Of a stretch of 64,000 nucleotides of DNA, positions 54,354 to 62,027 are shown piece by piece. The translations under genes and the position numbers were made by a program. The notes below the pieces were generated by a model. The model searched no databases. It had not been told where the DNA came from and saw only the letters and a program-made list of their open reading frames with translations. Location of the stretch: positions 63,609 through 127,608 of the forward strand of contig JBALDB010000065.1 of the NCBI GenBank assembly GCA_036918135.1. The letters are read 5' to 3'. This DNA is from Nostoc sp. Lineage in GTDB: Bacteria > Cyanobacteriota > Cyanobacteriia > Cyanobacteriales > Nostocaceae. The first letter of the stretch is position 1, and each line of letters opens with the position of its first letter.

Positions 54354-55769
54354 ATGGCGTCTTTGATGATGAAAACACCAAAGTCCAAATCCCGTTTCCA
54401 TCAAACAGGTATGAATGAAACTTCTGATTTAAGACCAATCAACCCAAATGCAGCAGGTATTGATATCGGTTCAGAATTTCACGCTCGTGAGTGTTCCATT
54501 CATATAGAGCCTCCGAGAGTGTCAGACGTTTTGGCTGTTACACTGCTGACTTGTATGCTCTAGCTGATTGGTTGGCTGTTTGTGGAGTGAAAACTCTAGC
54601 AATGGAATCAACGGGGGTATATTGGATTGCGTTGTTTCAAATCTTGGAGACAAGGGGCTTTGAAGTTAAACTTGTCAACGCCCATCACGTCAAAACTTTA
54701 CCTGGACGTAAAACTGATATTTTAGACTGTCAATAGCTGCAACAGTTGCTCCCGTTACGGATTGTTGTCTGGTTCTTTTCGCCCAGAAGACCTTTCTTTG
54801 TGTATTACGGAGTTATATCTGCTACCGAGATAGTCTCATCAAAAGTGCTTGTGTTCACATTCAACGGATGCAAAAAGCTTTAACCCAGATGAACGTGCAA
54901 CTGTATAAAGTTGTCAGCAATATCACTGGTATTACTAGGATGGCAATTATTCGAGCAATTGTTGCTGGAGAAACAGACCCACAAATTTTGGCAGCGAAAA
55001 GACATCACCGTACTAAACGTTCCAAAACAGTAATTGCTGCTGCTTTAAATGGTGATTATCGCAATAAGCATATTTTTGTACTTCAACAGGAACTACAACT
55101 TTATGATGTCTATCAAGCTCAGATAGCCGCTTGCGATCGCCAAATACAAGAGTGCTTGGCTCAATTTACTGATAAAGTTAATCTCGATGAATTTCCGCTT
55201 GGGCAATCAAAGCACCCCCGTAATAAACCTCAAGGCAATGAACCCGATGCGTGATTTACGTACCCATCTTTACCAAATTAGTGGCGTGGATTATTACTGC
55301 CATTGATGGTCTTGGTATTCTTACCGTACAAACCATTATTTCTGAGGTTGGTTTAGATCCTACCCGATTCCCAACTGTTAAAAACTTTACTTCCTGGCTT
55401 GGTCTTTGCCCAAGAATTGCATCACTGGGGGTAAAGTGAAAAGTTCTCAAACTCGCTTGGTGGTTAACCCTGCTGCCAATGCTTTCCAAATGGTGACACA
55501 AACAGCTGGTAAGAGCAATTTTGCTGAGTCGTGCTTTTTATCGTCGTTTACGTTCTCGCCTTGGTACGCCCAAAGCTATCACTGCTACTGCTTATAAGCT
55601 GGCAAGAATTTTCTATCGACTTTGGACAACCGGAGGTAACTATCAAGATATTGGCATGGATTACTATGAGCAACGTTACCAAGAACGAGTTATCAATAAC
55701 CTCCAAAAAAAGGCTCTAACTTTAGGTTTTGAACTTGTTCCTCAGCCCGAAGCAAATACGGTTTCTTGA
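54354..55769 (+). mobile_element. IS110-family transposase pseudogene (several frameshifts and stops)
   Basis: AAGIDIGS, AMESTGVYW, PGRKTD, SWLGLCP, KAITATA.KLAR split over five ORFs. Confidence 0.92.
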
Positions 55770-55899
55770 AAGAGGTCTTCTGGAGAATTTAGTTTTTTTT
55801 AACAATACTCTTGTACTAATAAATGGCAGCACCTTGTGCTAGTTGCGTAAGTCATAACGTAAATCCTGTTATTTATAGTAGTATTCATCTGTAATCTCT

Positions 55900-57270
55900 A
55901 TGAACCTTGATTGTCTCTTTGAGATTGTTGACCGCTTGCTAATTGAGAGCCATAATCGCCCTCTTAATTCCACAGAAAATCTGATTCTGCGTGGCATTTG
56001 GCAGTATAGAACTTATAACCAAATGGCTATAGAAGCAGGTTATAGTCCCGGCTACTTTAGCAATGTTCTCGCCCCAGAGTTATTTGGGCGACTCTCCAAG
56101 GTCATTGGTCAGCGCGTGACTAAAAAAAACTGTCGTGTGCTGCTGGAATCTATTGAAGCAGCTCCGAATACGAAACCTTTGAAACAAGACCTGACGCAAT
56201 TTTCCCCCACAGTTAATCAGGATACGTCACCTTGCTACCCCAGTGGCTCAGTTCCTCTCGCCTCTCCCTTTTACCTCAAACGTTCTTTCCTTGAGGAGCA
56301 AATTTATCAAGAAATTAAGAAACCAGGAGCGTTAATCAGGATCAAAGCTCCCAGAGAAATGGGCAAAACTTCACTGCTGCTGAGGATTCTTGACTATGCC
56401 AAGTACCAAGGCTACTGCACTATCAGCTTGAATCTAGAACAAGTCGAGCAGACAATTCTGAGCGACTTGAATCAACTTTTGCGCTGGTTGTGTGCCAATA
56501 TCGCTCGCCAACTTCAACGTCAACCGATATTAGATGAGTATTGGGATGAAGATTTAGGAAGTAAAATAAGCTGCACTCTCTATTTCCAAGAATATCTACT
56601 AGAGTCAATTAATACTCCCCTGATCTTGGCGTTGGATGAGGTGAACCATATTTTCGAGCATCCCCAAATAGCTAAGGACTTTTTACCTCTGTTGCGTTCT
56701 TGGTATGAAGAAGCGAAAAGACTGCCCATTTGGCAAAAGCTTCGTCTACTCGTGGTTCACTCAACAGATATTTATGTTCCTCTTGAACTTAATCAGTCTC
56801 CTTTCAATGTAGGGTTACCGATTGAGTTAGACAACTTTAGCCAAGAAGAGGTACAGCAGTTAGCCCAACGCTATGGACTCAATTGGACAGATGGAGAACG
56901 AGCTAGACAATTAATGGCAATGGTCGGGGGACATCCGGCACTAGTGCACTTAGCTCTCTATCATTTGAGTCGAAAAGAAATAACACTGTCGCAACTGCTA
57001 GAAACTGCTCCCACTGCTAGGAAAATTTATTCTCATCATTTGCAGCGTCATTGGGTAACCTTGCAAAAACAGCCTGAGTTAGCACAAGCTTTTGATACCG
57101 TTGTTAATGCCAATGAAGCTATTACTTTAGATCCGATCTTAACTCACAAGTTAAGCAGTATGGGGTTGATTAAAGTGTCTGGATCTCAAGCGATGGCAGG
57201 TTGTGAACTATATCGACGATTTTTTACAAAACAGGAACAGCAACATTTAATAGACTTATCCTTAATATAA
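55900..57270 (+). CDS. N-terminal HTH (vWA-MoxR-associated type) + AAA_35 ATPase; putative regulator
   Basis: LNSTENLILRGIW..TY..MA...GYSPGY HTH; PSGSVPL, APREMGKTSL, LDEVN, SPFNVG, GGHP; last codons supplied by an IS end. Confidence 0.85.
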   Translation: MNLDCLFEIVDRLLIESHNRPLNSTENLILRGIWQYRTYNQMAIEAGYSPGYFSNVLAPELFGRLSKVIGQRVTKKNCRVLLESIEAAPNTKPLKQDLTQFSPTVNQDTSPCYPSGSVPLASPFYLKRSFLEEQIYQEIKKPGALIRIKAPREMGKTSLLLRILDYAKYQGYCTISLNLEQVEQTILSDLNQLLRWLCANIARQLQRQPILDEYWDEDLGSKISCTLYFQEYLLESINTPLILALDEVNHIFEHPQIAKDFLPLLRSWYEEAKRLPIWQKLRLLVVHSTDIYVPLELNQSPFNVGLPIELDNFSQEEVQQLAQRYGLNWTDGERARQLMAMVGGHPALVHLALYHLSRKEITLSQLLETAPTARKIYSHHLQRHWVTLQKQPELAQAFDTVVNANEAITLDPILTHKLSSMGLIKVSGSQAMAGCELYRRFFTKQEQQHLIDLSLI

Positions 57271-58399
57271 ACAAAATGGGATAATAAAAAATGGAGTAAA
57301 AATTATATGTAGATAATATGACAAATACTTTGGCAAGAATTGAATCACATCCTTACGAAGCAAAGCGATTAATTGGAATTAATTATGACCAGTTTTTAGC
57401 ATTAGTATCCTTAGCAGAACAAAGGCATATAGAGAAACAGGCAGAAATTGAAAAAAATGAAATTCGGATTATTGCCAAGGGAGGGGGACGCAAAGCAGAG
57501 ATGTCACCGAAAGAAGGAATATGCTTGTGTCTAGTTTACCTCAGACAAAAACCAATTTTTGAGATTTTATGGTTACTCTTTGATATTTTCAAAACAAAAG
57601 CGAATGATGCTTTTAACTATTGGGTAGATATTTTGAGAAAAATTTTACCAGCATCTCAAATATAAGAAGCATCAGTAGATAGTCAAAAATATCAGGAATT
57701 GCAGCGAATGCTGTCCGAATACGAATTAATTGTTGATAGTGCAGAACAAGCAACAGCGAGACCTCTAGACTATCAAGAACAAAAAAGATACTACTCTGAT
57801 AAGAAAAAAATGCATACCCTAAAAAACCAGTTTATTGTCTTACCAGGTGGTGAAGATATTGTAGATATCTGTGTAGGAATGTTGAGAAAAACAAGTGATA
57901 TTAATTTGTTTCGAGATACTCGGCATAAATTTGCTGACTCACAAAGGTTTATTGGCAATAAAGCCTATATTGGAGATTGTGCCTTTACCACACCTCATAA
58001 GAAACAAAAGAATACAGAAATTTCGGAATTACAAAAACAAGAGAATAAACAACTTTCGTCTCGCACAATCGCTGTTAAACACATGATATGTCTGGTAAAA
58101 ATATTTCGAGTAGCCAGTGATAAATTCAGTCTAGCTCGCCATCGATATAGTCAGGTAATTCTAACAGTTTGTAGACTGATTAGGTTAAGACTTAATCGCT
58201 TAGTATCCTTAACCATTAATACTTAATTTTTTATCCTGAAATTGATTTCATCGTTTTATACTTTTCACTCCAATTTTAGTTTTTGTCTCAGAATACCGCC
58301 AAACACCTATTTTACCGTAGAGTAACCTAGCGATCGCCTATTCAATCTGAATTGCTTAAACCCATTCACAGTATGCATTTACCTTTTGCGGATAAGTCT
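57252..58399 (+). mobile_element. IS5-family (ISL2/DDE_Tnp_4-type) element with inactivated transposase (57318-58226)
   Basis: TIR AGACTTATCC/GGATAAGTCT with AAT duplication; in-frame TAA at 57663; GGGRK, IVDSAEQ, GNKAY (catalytic D lost). Confidence 0.88.
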
Positions 58400-58500
58400 A
58401 ATTTCGATGCAGAGCTTTTAAGCTTTTTTGGCTTTGTTTGCTTATACCTATTAAACCCAAAAACTTACCAGTACTACCTTCTGCTGTTTTTTAATTCGTC

Positions 58501-58588
58501 AAACTCACGTTTCTATGAGTTTTTCTATGAGTTTTTCTATGAGTTTTTCTATGAGTTTCACAGACTAATAGAGAACTAACATTATAAA
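58501..58588 (+). promoter_or_regulatory. Direct-repeat operator/promoter, copy 2, upstream of the eCIS operon
   Basis: TTCTATGAGTTT x4 (ATGAG at 58515/58527/58539/58551), then CACAGACTAATAGAGAACTAACAT; inverted half-site AAACTCAC at 58501. Confidence 0.65.
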
Positions 58589-58917
58589 TGATGTACTAAG
58601 GCTTAACATCTAATTTCTCTTTAAGCATGGCATAAATACCAAACTACAAATAAAAGATACACGTGAGGTCTTGTGGAAAATATATGCTTATACGTAAGTC
58701 CTAAATTGAATGGCATATAGTGCTAGTTTTGGACTATCTCCTTACAGCACTCTCATTTTGACTCAATAACCTAAATAGGATGTTGCAATTTATCTACGGG
58801 TGCGGTCAAAAGTAATTGATTGAGTGCGATCGCTATTCGTCTTAGACGCGATCGTTTGAAGTATCAAATTAAATTTGTCAATTTGTAAGTTCTAAATACT
58901 TAACCAGAGATTGAACA

Positions 58918-60597
58918 ATGCCCATACAACCAACTTATCCAGGCGTTTATGTAGAAGAAATTCCTAGTGGGGTACGCACGATTACAGGCGTATCTACCTC
59001 TATTACTGCCTTTATAGGTCGTGCCTTACGAGGCCCTGTAGACGAACCAATTACTATCAACAACTATGGCGACTTTGAACGCATTTTTGGCGGATTATGG
59101 CTGAATAGTACCCTTGGCTATGCTCTACGAGATTTTTACCTCAACGGTGGTAGCCAAGCAATTATTGTCCGACTCACTCACTCTAAGCTCAAACAAGCAG
59201 AAGGTCAGGCTCCACCAGAAGGTCAAGCTCCACCCGAAGGTCAGGCTCCACCCGAAGGTCAGGCTCCACCAGAAGGTCAAACTCCGGGACAAACCGAACC
59301 CACAGCTAAGAAAGCACAACTAAATGTTAACGGTCTTAACTTAGAAGCAGCAAATGAAGGCAGCTGGGGAAATCTGTTAAGAGTGCGGATTGAACACGTA
59401 GATAATAATGTAGTACGAGACGCAGAGTCACAAAAACTATTCAACGTTAAAGTTTTCGATCGAAATACAAATCAACTGGAGCTATTTCGCAACGTATCGG
59501 TGTTGCCAAATCATCCTAGACGAGTAGATAAAGTCTTGTTGAATGAGTCTTATTTAGTTCGATTTAGAGATGAATCTGTGCCAACAGATGTACCAGGTGC
59601 TCATGCCGATCCAGCACCAGATAAAAGATTGTGGGATGATAACGATACCAACACCAAAGCAGAAGAAAACAGCGGTGCGGATGGTGACGATCTAGATGTG
59701 AATGACTTCACAGGGTTAAACAAAGAAGCAAGTAAACAGGGTCTTTACGCTTTAAATAAGGCTGACCTGTTTAATATGCTTTGTATTCCGCCTTACAAAA
59801 ATGATGGCAATATAGATTATGAATCTTTAGTCGATACAGCAGCAGAATTTTGTAAAGACCGTCGCGCATTTTTCATCATCGATTCCCCTACTAGTTGGAC
59901 TGATAAGGATAAGGCCAAGAATGGTATTCAGAACCTTGGCGAACCGACTAGTTATGCTGCTGTTTTCTTTCCTCGAATCAAGCAGCCAAATCCTTTACGG
60001 GAAAATCAAATAGAAGAATTTGTTCCCTGTGGTGCGATCGCGGGTGTATTTGCTCGTACTGATGTTGAACGCGGTATCTGGAAAGCTCCAGCAGGTACAG
60101 AAGCAACATTGACCGGTGTACCACAATTGAGTGTACCTTTGACAGACGCAGAAAATGGGGAATTGAATCCTCTAGGAATTAATTGTTTGCGAACTCTACC
60201 AGCTTTTGGTCGGGTGATTTGGGGATCGCGGACGCGCAAGGGAGATGACCGTCTTACCGATGAATGGAAGTATATTCCAGTTCGCCGTTTGGCGCTTTTC
60301 TTGGAAGAAAGTCTTTATCGCGGTACGCAATGGGTTGTCTTTGAGCCAAATGACGAGCCGTTATGGGCGCAAATTCGCTTGAATCTTGGGGCTTTTATGC
60401 ATGGTCTGTTCCTTCAAGGAGCTTTTCAAGGTGGTAAGCCGGAAGATGCTTACTTTATAAAGTGTGATAAGGAAACAACAATCCAAAATGATATTAACTT
60501 AGGAATTGTCAATATCATTGTTGGCTTTGCTCCTCTCAAACCTGCTGAATTCGTCATTCTCAAAATTCAGCAAATAGCCGGACAAATAGCAGTTTAA
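58918..60597 (+). CDS. Contractile tail sheath protein (eCIS)
   Basis: TYPGVYVEE, TAFIG..RGP, RGIWKAPAG, LNPLGINCLR, WGSRT, YIPVRR, VFEPN, APLKPAEFV. Confidence 0.95.
   Translation: MPIQPTYPGVYVEEIPSGVRTITGVSTSITAFIGRALRGPVDEPITINNYGDFERIFGGLWLNSTLGYALRDFYLNGGSQAIIVRLTHSKLKQAEGQAPPEGQAPPEGQAPPEGQAPPEGQTPGQTEPTAKKAQLNVNGLNLEAANEGSWGNLLRVRIEHVDNNVVRDAESQKLFNVKVFDRNTNQLELFRNVSVLPNHPRRVDKVLLNESYLVRFRDESVPTDVPGAHADPAPDKRLWDDNDTNTKAEENSGADGDDLDVNDFTGLNKEASKQGLYALNKADLFNMLCIPPYKNDGNIDYESLVDTAAEFCKDRRAFFIIDSPTSWTDKDKAKNGIQNLGEPTSYAAVFFPRIKQPNPLRENQIEEFVPCGAIAGVFARTDVERGIWKAPAGTEATLTGVPQLSVPLTDAENGELNPLGINCLRTLPAFGRVIWGSRTRKGDDRLTDEWKYIPVRRLALFLEESLYRGTQWVVFEPNDEPLWAQIRLNLGAFMHGLFLQGAFQGGKPEDAYFIKCDKETTIQNDINLGIVNIIVGFAPLKPAEFVILKIQQIAGQIAV
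59200..59292 (+). repeat. In-frame 18-bp repeat (EGQAPP x4 + EGQTP) inside the sheath gene
   Basis: GAAGGTCA(G/A)GCTCCACC(A/C) units. Confidence 0.9.
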
Positions 60598-60607
60598 GGA
60601 GAAATAT

Positions 60608-61087
60608 ATGCCTTCTATTGACAGCAAGCGTATAGACTACTACAAAAACTTTAAATTTGTTGTGAAATTCGCTGGTAAAGAAGTAGCTGGGGTAAGTAAA
60701 GTCAGTGGTCTGAAGCGAACTACTGAGGTTATAGAACACCGTTCAGGTGGCGACTTTAGTACTGTTTATAAGTCTCCAGGACAAAGCAAGTACGATCCCA
60801 TTACTTTAGAACGAGGTGTTAGTAGCAAAAATTCTGATTTTCAAGAATGGGCAAATAAGGTCTGGAAACTTGGTAGTAAACCAGAAATGTCTCTGGCAGA
60901 TTTCCGTAAAGATATCACTATTGAGGTTCGTGATGAAGCTGGTGAGAAAGCGGCTTCATATACAGTTTTTAGTTGTTGGGTTTCGGAATATCAAGCTTTA
61001 CCAGACCTTGATGCTAGTGCTAATGCTGTCGCTATCGAGTACATAAAGATAGAAAACGAAGGTTGGGAGCAGGAGGGTGGTGGCTGA
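60608..61087 (+). CDS. Tail tube protein (T4 gp19-like, eCIS)
   Basis: YKNFKF, VSGL, EHRSGG, PG..KY..ITLERG, LDASANAVAIE. Confidence 0.93.
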   Translation: MPSIDSKRIDYYKNFKFVVKFAGKEVAGVSKVSGLKRTTEVIEHRSGGDFSTVYKSPGQSKYDPITLERGVSSKNSDFQEWANKVWKLGSKPEMSLADFRKDITIEVRDEAGEKAASYTVFSCWVSEYQALPDLDASANAVAIEYIKIENEGWEQEGGG

Positions 61088-61112
61088 TTAACTGAGTCGA
61101 GTTAATCAAGCT

Positions 61113-61255
61113 GGCGTTGCTGAAAGTATGATTTGTCTCACGCACAGACGCAGCGGAAAGTCTGAGCGGAGGAAACCTCCGCTCGGAACTTTCCAAGACA
61201 GAAGCGCAGAGAGTAAGAGTTTTAGAGAATTTTCATACCTGGATTCAGCAACGCC
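61113..61255. mobile_element. 143-bp MITE with 8-bp target-site duplication
   Basis: GGCGTTGCTGAA/TTCAGCAACGCC perfect TIR; ATCAAGCT on both flanks; internal hairpin repeat. Confidence 0.85.
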
Positions 61256-61289
61256 ATCAAGCTTTATTAAATTAGTAGGGAAATAGACT

Positions 61290-62027
61290 ATGCGAACGCT
61301 ATCAACCTCAGAACTGTTCAATATCTGGGAATGGGGACGTAATCAGCCATCTTGGTCTAAAGCAATTAAGCTACTAAGTAGTGCTTGTCCTGAAACTTCT
61401 GTAGACATACTTACTCAACTCAGTCTCGGTCAACGCGATGGTATACTGCTGACATTGCGGGAGTGGATATTTGGTTCGCAATTGGTTAGTCAAGTCACTT
61501 GTCCAAGTTGCGGTGAAGTCTTGGAACTCAATTTTGATGTTGCAGATATGCGTGTAGCATCACTATCACTTGAACTAGTTGAGAGATATTGCCTTGAACT
61601 TGCTAATTATCAGGTGAGTTTTCGTCTGCCAAACAGTTTAGATCTGATAGCGATCGCCCAATACAAACAGCCAGAAATTGCTCAAGAGATTTTATTAGAA
61701 CGCTGTATTTTGCAAGCAGTGTGTAACAGTAAATATCTGCCGTTTCAGCAATTGCCTTCTTATGTAAAAGATGGAATTATTGCACAAATGGCTCAAGCAG
61801 ATCCTCAAGCAAATGTACCAATTGATATTTCCTGTTGTGCTTGCAACCATCAATGGCGATCGTTTTTTGATATTGTATCGTTCTTGTGGACTGAGATTAA
61901 CGTTTGGGCATTTCGAGTTTTACGAGAGGTGCATACTTTGGCTGTTGCTTACGGTTGGCGTGAAGCCGATATTTTGGCTATGAGTCCCAGACGGCGACAA
62001 TTGTATTTAGAGATGGTGACGAACTAA
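61290..62027 (+). CDS. eCIS baseplate/tail-assembly protein (T4 gp26-like, two CxxC)
   Basis: LSLGQRD, CPSC, FRLP..DL, DPQA, CCAC, EVHTLAVAYGW.EADILAM. Confidence 0.8.
   Translation: MRTLSTSELFNIWEWGRNQPSWSKAIKLLSSACPETSVDILTQLSLGQRDGILLTLREWIFGSQLVSQVTCPSCGEVLELNFDVADMRVASLSLELVERYCLELANYQVSFRLPNSLDLIAIAQYKQPEIAQEILLERCILQAVCNSKYLPFQQLPSYVKDGIIAQMAQADPQANVPIDISCCACNHQWRSFFDIVSFLWTEINVWAFRVLREVHTLAVAYGWREADILAMSPRRRQLYLEMVTN

Noticed and set aside
58352..58579. FYEF-repeat ORF (and the similar 38667-38894 ORF) as a RiPP precursor
   Set aside because: One starts at TTG inside the IS end, the other inside YcaO; neither has an RBS or leader. The similarity is better explained by the DNA repeat. 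A short peptide is not strictly excluded.
58918..62027. Prophage tail module or T6SS
   Set aside because: No head, packaging or integrase genes and no TssB/TssC split sheath or membrane complex; gene types fit an eCIS.
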